A stretch of 64,000 bases of DNA from a virus (lineage: Duplodnaviria; Caudoviricetes), in IMG/VR virus record IMGVR_UViG_3300032038_000044, positions 25,221 through 89,220 of that record. The stretch is one strand, 5' to 3'. The stretch's first letter is position 1; the number at the start of each line of letters is the position of its first letter. Of this stretch, positions 56,143 to 64,000 are shown one piece after another. Position numbers and translations under genes: made by a program. The notes below the pieces were generated by a model, which saw only the letters and a list, made by a program, of their open reading frames with translations, was not told where the DNA came from and ran no database searches.

Positions 56143-57888
56143 ATGGCTAGCTTAACAATTTATCCACCAATCGTGGAGAGTTCTATGGACGCTTTTATCG
56201 CTGGGGACAATTCTAGCTGTAGAGTGTATTTTTCATTATCTAAGTTTAATGTTTATAGTGACTTTGATAATGTGCAAGTTTCTATTAAGAAGCAATCAAC
56301 TGGTACAACTATTGTAAAGAATGCTTCAAATGTTACAATAGATGGCGACACTTATTACACTGCTACAGGAATCATTCTTAATGTTCCAAAGCATCAGGTG
56401 TCAGGTGTTGAAAATTTATATTATGTTGATATTAAAAGCGGTTTGCTTGAAGAAGGTTGGGTTCCTGGTTGGATATGTTGCATGCAGTTAAGATTAAGTG
56501 CAGTAGCATATTCTGAGAGTGATGGAACCCAGTCTTCATGGTTGAATATCCATGGTGGTGACTTCTCAGAATGGTCGACTGTATGTATAGTAAAGGCGAC
56601 TGGAGAACCTACAATCACCATTCCCGCACTACAATATGAAGGAAATCATGATATGACTAATCCTTCTATTGTTGATAACTTAGATTTTATCGGAAGCTAT
56701 AAGAATGTAGATGACCCAACAGAGAATTTACATAGTTATAGAATCCTTTTATATAAAGCATCTGATATTAATAATTTATTAGAAGATACTGGAGTTTGTT
56801 ATCCAAAAGCAAGAAATCAGATTGAATACACATCACATATAGAACCATTAAATAACACAAACTATTTAATCTTCTTTATGTATGAAACAATCAATGGTTA
56901 CCAAAATACAATCTTACTTAAACCTGATGTAAGATACAGTGTTGGTGAAGTAATTCCATTTGAACTAATTCTTGCAGAAAATGATAGTAATATATATAAC
57001 ATAACAGCAGAACAAGAGGCTGATTATGGATTCATTGGTATTAAAGTATATGACCCTAACGACACAACTTCTAGTTTAAAGTTTGTTGTTAGAAGAGCGT
57101 CAAGTAGAGATAACTTCACAACTTGGACAGATATTAAGAGAATTGAATTAAACAACGAGAAAGTAAATGAAAGAGATGTTATTTGCGATTTCACAATAGA
57201 AAGCGGTGTTTGGTATAAATATGGTATCCAAACTATCACTGCGGACGGTACTAGAGGACCACTCAAGGTTAACGCCCTTCCCGCACTCCGCGAATTTGAA
57301 TACACTTTCCTATTGGGTGCAGATAACAAACAGTTAAGAGTATCACTTAACAATAACGCAGACAGTTACAAGATTAATACATCAGAGGGTATAACACCTA
57401 CAATCAATGGTAAGTTCCCTTATACTGGACGCTATGGAGATACTTACTACAAGTCATTTAATATATCTGGTTTAATTACATTCAATATGGATGAATACTT
57501 TGCTACTAAAGCAGATGTATATAAATATTCAAGCATTGTTACTTTATTTAATGAATATAACAATGAACACGATATAGACAAATATGACTTCATTTATGAG
57601 AAATACTTTAGGGATGCAGTTATGAATTTCCTTTATGATGGCAAACCTAAGTTATACAAATCTCAGACTGAAGGAAATATGATTATTAAGTTAAGTGGTA
57701 TTTCATTATCACCACAGCAGAACTTAAATCGTTTAGTTTTCTCATTCACAGGTGTTGCTACTGAAATGGCAGAATGTAATGAAGAAAACTTAAAGAAATA
57801 TAATCTACTTAATTTAGAAAGTAGAATAGGAGATAATATTAAATTAACCTCTATTACAAATCATACTAATCATGAGGAGGAGATTTAA
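56143..57888 (+). CDS. tail/baseplate protein with FN3-like domains and Dit-like C-terminus
   Basis: DFTIESGVWYKYGIQ FN3-like strand; TINGKFPY...SFNISGLI. Confidence 0.45.
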   Translation: MASLTIYPPIVESSMDAFIAGDNSSCRVYFSLSKFNVYSDFDNVQVSIKKQSTGTTIVKNASNVTIDGDTYYTATGIILNVPKHQVSGVENLYYVDIKSGLLEEGWVPGWICCMQLRLSAVAYSESDGTQSSWLNIHGGDFSEWSTVCIVKATGEPTITIPALQYEGNHDMTNPSIVDNLDFIGSYKNVDDPTENLHSYRILLYKASDINNLLEDTGVCYPKARNQIEYTSHIEPLNNTNYLIFFMYETINGYQNTILLKPDVRYSVGEVIPFELILAENDSNIYNITAEQEADYGFIGIKVYDPNDTTSSLKFVVRRASSRDNFTTWTDIKRIELNNEKVNERDVICDFTIESGVWYKYGIQTITADGTRGPLKVNALPALREFEYTFLLGADNKQLRVSLNNNADSYKINTSEGITPTINGKFPYTGRYGDTYYKSFNISGLITFNMDEYFATKADVYKYSSIVTLFNEYNNEHDIDKYDFIYEKYFRDAVMNFLYDGKPKLYKSQTEGNMIIKLSGISLSPQQNLNRLVFSFTGVATEMAECNEENLKKYNLLNLESRIGDNIKLTSITNHTNHEEEI

Positions 57889-59927
57889 TGGACAAGGATT
57901 TTTTAAAGAAATTAGATTTAGACCATGACAAGGTTATATATGTTAAATTGGTTGTTCTTGATAAAGAGGAACAACCAATTTCTTCAATTGAGGGTAGAGT
58001 CTCTCAAGGTAGTATCTCAATAACAGGTACTTCCGCCGTAAGAAGAACTTGCAACCTTACATTCTTAGCAGAGGAGACGGAGAATGATTTAACCGACATT
58101 GATAATCTGTTATCAATAGAAAAGAGAGTTGCAATATATGTAGGACAGAAAAATAATATAGATAGTAATTATGATGATATTATTTGGTTTCCAAAGGGTA
58201 TTTTCTTAATTACTCAACCTAACATTTCCCATACATTAACTGGTGTAACAATCAGTTTAAGCTGTCAAGATAAGATGTGCTTACTGAATGGTACAAGCGG
58301 AGGTGGGCTACCAACATCTATTACATTCCATGAGTATGACCAACTGATGGAGGATGGAAGTATAGAGGCAATCCCGCAAAGAATGTATGATATTATCCTT
58401 ACTCTTGTTCACAATTATGGTGGTATCCCATTAAGCAAAATTATTATTAATGACTTACCATTACAGATAAAGCAAATTGTAAGATATATTGGAAATGATA
58501 CATTGTATTATAATTCTAGCACTGGAGTTTATACAACCAATACTAATCTTTTAACTGACCCAGGTGAATGGAAAGGTTTTGACTTCAATGACGATGTCGG
58601 CTATGTTTACACCGATTTTATTTACCCTGGAAAACTTGTAAGCAACATTGGAGACAACGTATGTAGCGTACTAGATAAGGTATGTAAAGCACTTGGTAAC
58701 TTTGAGTATTTCTTTGATGAACAAGGTAATTTCATTTTCCAGGAAATAAAGAACTACTTAAATAATTCATATGACCCAACAGATGCTTATAGACTAGATA
58801 ACAATAGAAAAGTAGAATTAAATGAAAATGGATTATGTATCATGGATGGTACTAATTATAAATTAGATACTAAGACAAATACAAAGTCTGTTTATACATT
58901 TGATGATGATGTTGATTTAGTTGTAAGTTATAGTAATGCACCTAAGTATTCTAATATAAAGAATGACTTCCATGTTTGGGGTAAGAATGACAAAGAAACT
59001 TGTATTCATTATCATATGGCAATCAAGAAGAAGCCTACAATTATGAATACATATAAGGTTGTTTTCCTTAAAGATGAAGATGGTGAATATACAGGCAGAC
59101 TAAGATTAGCGGAGGATGGGGAGGTCATTCCTAATGATTCCCGCTTTGATGGAAGTAAGGCAGTTGTTAGTGGAGGTTCACTCAGAGGTGGTATAGCTGT
59201 TTTACCTACTAACTACGCTGGGTACGAAGGGGCGTCCGCCATTATAACAAGTGCAATAGCCACTAATTATACACCTAGTGACTGGCGAGCAGAATTATAT
59301 TTACAAGGTCTAACAAAAAAGAAAGAACATATAAGACCTGATGTATATGAACAAGAACTGTTAGATTTATTTGATGATATATACGATTTTAGACAGAAGA
59401 AGTTTAAAGCGGATATAGTTAATAAACCTAATGAATTAAATTACTTCTTTGATTATCTTGAACCTTCAGAAGAATTATATGACTGTTCTATTGATGCAAT
59501 AGATGCAAGAGTATATTCTTATCAACAAGACAAGATTAAAAGATTATATAATACAGATATACCAGACACAATTATTATCAATATTGCTGATGATGTTGAG
59601 AAACGTAGAAAGATTATTGATAGATGTGAACTGGAAGGACAGAGCTATAGTAATGTAAGTGAAGCTCTTTACAAGGATTTAGCAGAGTGTACTTATGGCT
59701 ACACCGCACAAGAAACAATGAGAGATTTATTATATCAATATACGAACTACAATGAAAGTATAACAATAAGTTGTATTCCTATATATCATCTTGATGTAAA
59801 CACAAGAATTACTGTAGAAGATAGAGCCTCTGGTATTTATGGAGATTACATTATTAACAGTATCACTTTACCTCTTGGTGGTGGTACAATGAGTATTAAT
59901 GCAAGTAGAGCATTAGAAAGGATATAA
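57888..59927 (+). CDS. tail hub/baseplate protein
   Basis: GSISITGTSAVRRTCNL, SCQDKMCLLNG, GDYIINSITLPL..GTMSI; TAATG coupling. Confidence 0.5.
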   Translation: MDKDFLKKLDLDHDKVIYVKLVVLDKEEQPISSIEGRVSQGSISITGTSAVRRTCNLTFLAEETENDLTDIDNLLSIEKRVAIYVGQKNNIDSNYDDIIWFPKGIFLITQPNISHTLTGVTISLSCQDKMCLLNGTSGGGLPTSITFHEYDQLMEDGSIEAIPQRMYDIILTLVHNYGGIPLSKIIINDLPLQIKQIVRYIGNDTLYYNSSTGVYTTNTNLLTDPGEWKGFDFNDDVGYVYTDFIYPGKLVSNIGDNVCSVLDKVCKALGNFEYFFDEQGNFIFQEIKNYLNNSYDPTDAYRLDNNRKVELNENGLCIMDGTNYKLDTKTNTKSVYTFDDDVDLVVSYSNAPKYSNIKNDFHVWGKNDKETCIHYHMAIKKKPTIMNTYKVVFLKDEDGEYTGRLRLAEDGEVIPNDSRFDGSKAVVSGGSLRGGIAVLPTNYAGYEGASAIITSAIATNYTPSDWRAELYLQGLTKKKEHIRPDVYEQELLDLFDDIYDFRQKKFKADIVNKPNELNYFFDYLEPSEELYDCSIDAIDARVYSYQQDKIKRLYNTDIPDTIIINIADDVEKRRKIIDRCELEGQSYSNVSEALYKDLAECTYGYTAQETMRDLLYQYTNYNESITISCIPIYHLDVNTRITVEDRASGIYGDYIINSITLPLGGGTMSINASRALERI

Positions 59928-59929
59928 TT

Positions 59930-60436
59930 ATGAAATTGTTAGCTTTAGATTTAAGTTCAAAATCTTCAGGTATTGCAATATTTGAAGATGGTAATTTAGT
60001 TAGATATGAATGTATTACTGCTACTGAAAAAGATTCTCTCGTTAGATTAGAGAAGATAACAGATAAGATTATGGATATATATGTTAAAGAAAATATAGAT
60101 GAAGTAATCATAGAAGATGTTATGCCAGATGATGTGGCACATAATCAAACTGTATTTAATGTATTACATTATTTACAAGCATCTGTTGTTTTAGGTATGC
60201 ACAGAATAAATCCTAGTGTTAAATATACTTTATTTACCGCTTCACATTGGAGAAGCTTATGTGGTATTAAAACAGGTAGAGGAATAAAGAGAGATACTTT
60301 GAAACTTGCGGATATGGCTTTTGTTAAGAGTAAATATAACTTAGATGTTAATGATGATATTGCAGATGCAATTTGTCTTGGTTGGGCTTACTTACACCCA
60401 CAGAAAGAATTTGTAACTACTAAGAAAGCATGGTAA
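59930..60436 (+). CDS. ruvC: RuvC-like Holliday junction resolvase
   Basis: LALDLSSKSSG, VIIED, DDIADAICLG. Confidence 0.8.
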   Translation: MKLLALDLSSKSSGIAIFEDGNLVRYECITATEKDSLVRLEKITDKIMDIYVKENIDEVIIEDVMPDDVAHNQTVFNVLHYLQASVVLGMHRINPSVKYTLFTASHWRSLCGIKTGRGIKRDTLKLADMAFVKSKYNLDVNDDIADAICLGWAYLHPQKEFVTTKKAW

Positions 60437-60472
60437 AAAAATAAAGGGGAGCTTTAATGCTCCCCATTTTTT
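60435..60472. terminator. bidirectional terminator between convergent modules
   Basis: A-tract, GGGGAGC/GCTCCCC stem, T-tract. Confidence 0.8.
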
Positions 60473-60983
60473 ATTGTGCAAAATCATATTTAATTTTTAT
60501 TGCAAAACTTCTTTCTTGACCTACTGTCAGTTGTATTGGCGTTTCTAAAACCTCTCTATAGATAAGGAATCTACCTTGTTCAGTATTATGTTGAAAGATA
60601 GGCTTAGATAAGCCAACTTCTTTTATTGTAAGGTCAGTTTTAGGTGTGCAAGTTACAATGAAAAAAATCTCAAGTGACCCATCTTCATATAGTCCATATG
60701 TTTTCTTAACTGTGTATGTATCAAAATCATTTGTTTGGTCTAATATTGACCCCATAGCATATTGGTCGTATTCTACTGGTGTATTTGATGTACCCAATTC
60801 TAATCTACTATAAATAATTTTATAGTTTTGTACATCATTTATATACCCATATGCGTCTGCAGTTAATGACCATGGTCGACCTTCAAAACTTTGTACCCTT
60901 GAAAAAGTGCGGTATTGCGGTTCCCTATTATCATCGCTATAATTCATAGCAAATATCATTTTTGTAAAATTCTTTAAAAACAT
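60471..60983 (-). CDS. tail-collar/fibre-like protein (DUF3751-like by eye)
   Basis: LELGTSNTP...LTIKEVGL...LIYREVL pattern. Confidence 0.45.
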   Translation of the reverse strand: MFLKNFTKMIFAMNYSDDNREPQYRTFSRVQSFEGRPWSLTADAYGYINDVQNYKIIYSRLELGTSNTPVEYDQYAMGSILDQTNDFDTYTVKKTYGLYEDGSLEIFFIVTCTPKTDLTIKEVGLSKPIFQHNTEQGRFLIYREVLETPIQLTVGQERSFAIKIKYDFAQ

Positions 60984-61555
60984 TATCCTTCCTCCTTTCC
61001 AAGTTCATAGAAAAGAAAGCCACCACTATCTTGTCCACGTGTTGCACTATGGTCTTTTTTATAGCGCATTTCCAAGATATAGTCTACTGGAAGCGAAATA
61101 AGCTCTATATCACCAGAATTTTCTCCACTTACATTTATCATATAGTTATCATCGCTTTGTTCTGGTATATCTCTTATAAGAATTGATAACCAGTCGTTAC
61201 CAGATTCTGAACTTACTATATAGTGAACTTTTAAATAAATAGGTTTATCACTAATATTCTTTATTCGTGTATAGCTTGATTGGTTGTCCCCAGTTGTTGG
61301 AGGACTATACATATCATGTCCATCATATTGGAATTTATCTTGAACACTAAAAGGTCTTTCATTAGAAGTTATTTCAAATCTTGAGTCGTTCTCAAAATAT
61401 AGAACATCACTATGTTCATAAATATCTTCTATCACAGTGAGAGACGAAGTTTTACCTTCGCCCCCACCCTCTACAACAGTGCCTTTATTATAATAAGCTT
61501 TTCCTTTTAAGAAGATAACACCAGGCTGTTTTTTATTTTGTACTATTTCTGCCAT
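60983..61555 (-). CDS. tail accessory protein, shared N-terminal anchor plus carbohydrate-binding-like domain
   Basis: QPGVIFLKGKAYYNKG; VSSESGNDWL...YKKD...GQD motif. Confidence 0.5.
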   Translation of the reverse strand: MAEIVQNKKQPGVIFLKGKAYYNKGTVVEGGGEGKTSSLTVIEDIYEHSDVLYFENDSRFEITSNERPFSVQDKFQYDGHDMYSPPTTGDNQSSYTRIKNISDKPIYLKVHYIVSSESGNDWLSILIRDIPEQSDDNYMINVSGENSGDIELISLPVDYILEMRYKKDHSATRGQDSGGFLFYELGKEEG

Positions 61556-61567
61556 GTTATTTCCTCC

Positions 61568-63265
61568 TTATGTTGTTTGTTTAGTATATTGTACTGTAAT
61601 ATAACCTTCATTTAGAGTACCCATTGATACTATATGAAAATGAAGTTTACCAGTTGTTTCATAATAGATAGCAAAAACTCCGCTTCTGTCACCACTACAA
61701 TAAGGTATAGGCATTACAGTATTTTGAATACCTTGTCCTTTTACAAAGCCATGAGCATCTATAAGATTGTCACAAGTAAAATTCATTTCGTAATTACCGC
61801 CACCTTGTGTTACATAACTTGTAATATCAAAAGTCTTTTCATAGATGTTCTTACCATCAATCCACTTACCTATAAATCGTTCTTCAGTGCTGTACACATG
61901 AATAGGGTCTGCAAGACCGCCATCAGAACGACCAACGCCTTCTGGAAGTGGTTCATCATTAGTCTTTGTATATTGAAGAATGAAATATTTAACTAAAAAT
62001 GGATATTCTTGTATCGCCACTAATGGCTGAACTCCTGGGTCTGTAGCAATATAGGCTTCAGGGTAGCATATCGCACTTGAATTACCAGAGATACAAGTAC
62101 ATTTTACAATATTATCAAAATTGTAACTTGTAGGGTCAGTTATTAAAGTACCTCCCCCTCTAGCACCAATATCTACACTCTCATCAAGTATGAATAACTT
62201 CTCGTATATAGGTCTACCATCATACCATATATCAACCATTTTCTCGGTTGTATCCAATCTATGCTCACCATTATCTATATCAAGGTCGTTAATATAGTAA
62301 GCAGTACCATTCATCTTCTCTGCATCAGATAATGCTAGATAATCTTGATAGCTGATTTCTTTACAAGTATTATTTACAATAAGAGTAGAATCAGTTCCAA
62401 CAAATTCTCTAACGTCTATATATACATAGAAGTATGTCGTGTAGTTACTTGGAGCGCCTGAAAATCCTACGCTATGAATTGGCATTTGGGTTATATCTAC
62501 AGTAAATTCATTCCAGATTTGGTTATCTTCACTGAACTTAAATCTAAGTCTAGTTGGTTTATGGTTTGACCACTCGGCACCACTTCCACTATTAGAATAA
62601 AGTAATAGATAAGGTGTTTTTTCTATATCTATAAAATCATTAAAAGTCCAACATAATTGAACTGGACTAGGATATGATGAATAGAATGGACCTGCCTTAT
62701 AAGTATTATATCCAAGAGTATATTGTACATCATTGAGAAAATATTCACTATAAACGGTTTTGTCAGGTGGATATACATCTACAAAATCTGCTTTTTCACC
62801 AAAATAAGCACCACTACCATAATTGTTAATAGTATCAACTTTGATATATTTAATTTTCTTAGTCCATTCAGGTAAATGATATTGTAATCTACCTATCTGA
62901 CTGAATCTATTATCTACACTATCAAGTGCCTCTTCTACGTTGTCACCACTTAAAATAGAAGGTGTGCTATCATAGCTTACTTCATCTGCGGAAGGTGTTG
63001 GAGTAGGTAATGTAGCTGGCACTACCATACCTGATGCGTTGACCTGCATTACTTTGCCTTCATTCTCTGTACCCTGGTCTACATCAAGTAACCCCAAGTC
63101 CGCAGATGTTTTGTTACCCGCAAGAGTAACGTCATTTATTGAAGGCTTATTCTCTAAATCATTGTAGTTAGTAGTTCCGCCACCACCAGCGCCGGCTCTA
63201 ACTACTTTATTTTTACCTGAATGTATATCTCCAGGTTGCTCATATGTTAAAACAACTTTACCCAA
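61568..63265 (-). CDS. tail fibre/receptor-binding protein
   Basis: GGGGTTNYNDLENKPSIN fibre motif; duplicated (Y)STEE..G.WIDG..IYEK domain. Confidence 0.7.
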   Translation of the reverse strand: MGKVVLTYEQPGDIHSGKNKVVRAGAGGGGTTNYNDLENKPSINDVTLAGNKTSADLGLLDVDQGTENEGKVMQVNASGMVVPATLPTPTPSADEVSYDSTPSILSGDNVEEALDSVDNRFSQIGRLQYHLPEWTKKIKYIKVDTINNYGSGAYFGEKADFVDVYPPDKTVYSEYFLNDVQYTLGYNTYKAGPFYSSYPSPVQLCWTFNDFIDIEKTPYLLLYSNSGSGAEWSNHKPTRLRFKFSEDNQIWNEFTVDITQMPIHSVGFSGAPSNYTTYFYVYIDVREFVGTDSTLIVNNTCKEISYQDYLALSDAEKMNGTAYYINDLDIDNGEHRLDTTEKMVDIWYDGRPIYEKLFILDESVDIGARGGGTLITDPTSYNFDNIVKCTCISGNSSAICYPEAYIATDPGVQPLVAIQEYPFLVKYFILQYTKTNDEPLPEGVGRSDGGLADPIHVYSTEERFIGKWIDGKNIYEKTFDITSYVTQGGGNYEMNFTCDNLIDAHGFVKGQGIQNTVMPIPYCSGDRSGVFAIYYETTGKLHFHIVSMGTLNEGYITVQYTKQTT

Positions 63266-63289
63266 AGTATATTACCTCCTTATCTATCA

Positions 63290-63934
63290 TTAAATAGGAA
63301 TTTCGTCAAAGACTTCCATTCCTACTCTTGAATATACTACATCATTTATTATATCATACATACAAGGTATGTTATTTATTAAAGCTGGTTTTAAATGACA
63401 ATATAAATTACCAGTTGAAATACTTTCAATCTTAAAGTCTAATAGATATGTACTTGGTGATATTTTTTGTTCAGCAGTACCATTTTCAATATTTCCATAT
63501 CCAATACCTATTAAGCTATAAAAATATGAAGGTGTATTATAGTTACATACTATTTCTCCATCTAGTTTATTCTTACCGTTGTCATTAATTATCATAGTAT
63601 GTTCGCCAACACTCCAAGAACCAAAAATATAAAGTCTATTACCGTCCGATGTATAATAACCATTTTGGAAGACTCCAAAACGAAGATAGTTATCATTCCT
63701 ACTATTTTCAAGAATAGCATTACCATTTTTATAGACTGTATCATGAAAGGTAACTATTACTTTATAATCAGGTTCTCCTACAGAATATGGTATATAAAAT
63801 CCTCCATTAAGGAAATGAATATATTTTTTAAAGACCAAACTTCCAGCTTCATTTACTTTACCTTTATTATAATAGGCTTTATTATTTAGAAAAATGACAC
63901 CAGATTGTTTATCACGTCTTACCATATTTGCCAT
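63290..63934 (-). CDS. tail accessory protein, shared N-terminal anchor plus lectin-like domain
   Basis: QSGVIFLNNKAYYNKG; C-terminal LKPALIN..PCMYDIIN. Confidence 0.5.
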   Translation of the reverse strand: MANMVRRDKQSGVIFLNNKAYYNKGKVNEAGSLVFKKYIHFLNGGFYIPYSVGEPDYKVIVTFHDTVYKNGNAILENSRNDNYLRFGVFQNGYYTSDGNRLYIFGSWSVGEHTMIINDNGKNKLDGEIVCNYNTPSYFYSLIGIGYGNIENGTAEQKISPSTYLLDFKIESISTGNLYCHLKPALINNIPCMYDIINDVVYSRVGMEVFDEIPI

Positions 63935-63946
63935 TCTTCCACCTCC

Positions 63947-64000
63947 TTATTTTTTATTTCCCCAAACAACTTCGCCATCTAGTTCTATGTATGTATTTAG
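63947..64000 (-). CDS. 3' end of a gene running in from beyond the window
   Basis: ...LNTYIELDGEVVWGNKK-stop, followed by GGAGG RBS of the next gene. Confidence 0.55.
   Translation of the reverse strand, partial: LNTYIELDGEVVWGNKK

Noticed and set aside
474-63889. Many short opposite-strand ORFs in the track (e.g. 474-692, 1746-1991, 3109-3516, 6437-6670, 12224-12412, 20764-20967, 31641-31931, 40080-40463, 61634-61996)
   Set aside because: Shadow ORFs of real genes or ORFs across regulatory repeats; no RBS and atypical composition
60471-64000. Diversity-generating retroelement or shufflon acting on the fibre genes
   Set aside because: No reverse transcriptase, invertase, adenine-only TR/VR pair or long inverted repeat in the window; shared DNA between anchors is only about 14 nt

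Overview
The window is part of a large, AT-rich, long-tailed dsDNA phage. It is probably a siphovirus (no sheath gene, 2738-aa tape measure). A Bacillota/Clostridia host is inferred from sigmaA-type TTGACA/TATAAT promoters and AGGAGG ribosome-binding sites. Layout: (1) 1-4.4 kb, leftward accessory genes: RNA ligase, four membrane paralogues, nicotinamidase-like hydrolase. (2) 4.3-6.7 kb, a mostly non-coding, origin-like region around one rightward ORF. (3) 6.7-24 kb, a leftward early/accessory region cut into short cassettes by about 15 copies of a conserved intergenic unit. (4) 24.6-60.4 kb, the rightward packaging, head, tail and lysis module ending in a RuvC-like resolvase. (5) 60.4-64 kb, leftward tail-fibre/receptor-binding genes. 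The most striking signal is the repeated unit in region 3. It is a near-symmetric pair of back-to-back sigmaA promoters, each with a TTTGTGCA box 9-10 bp upstream of its -35. The leftward promoter drives the cassette genes. The rightward promoter fires into a fixed-length (27-nt) hairpin whose stem sequence covaries between copies, which points to a dispersed family of small hairpin RNAs. Other signals: two anticodon-less tRNA-like minihelices, each directly behind one of two paralogous winged-helix genes and one embedded in a larger RNA with a predicted kissing loop; a phage-specific promoter motif with invariant 34-nt spacing (5 copies); an operator palindrome inside three sigmaA promoters. 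No CRISPR array, integrase, reverse transcriptase or canonical tRNA was seen. All product calls come from motif recognition and synteny by eye; no database search was run.
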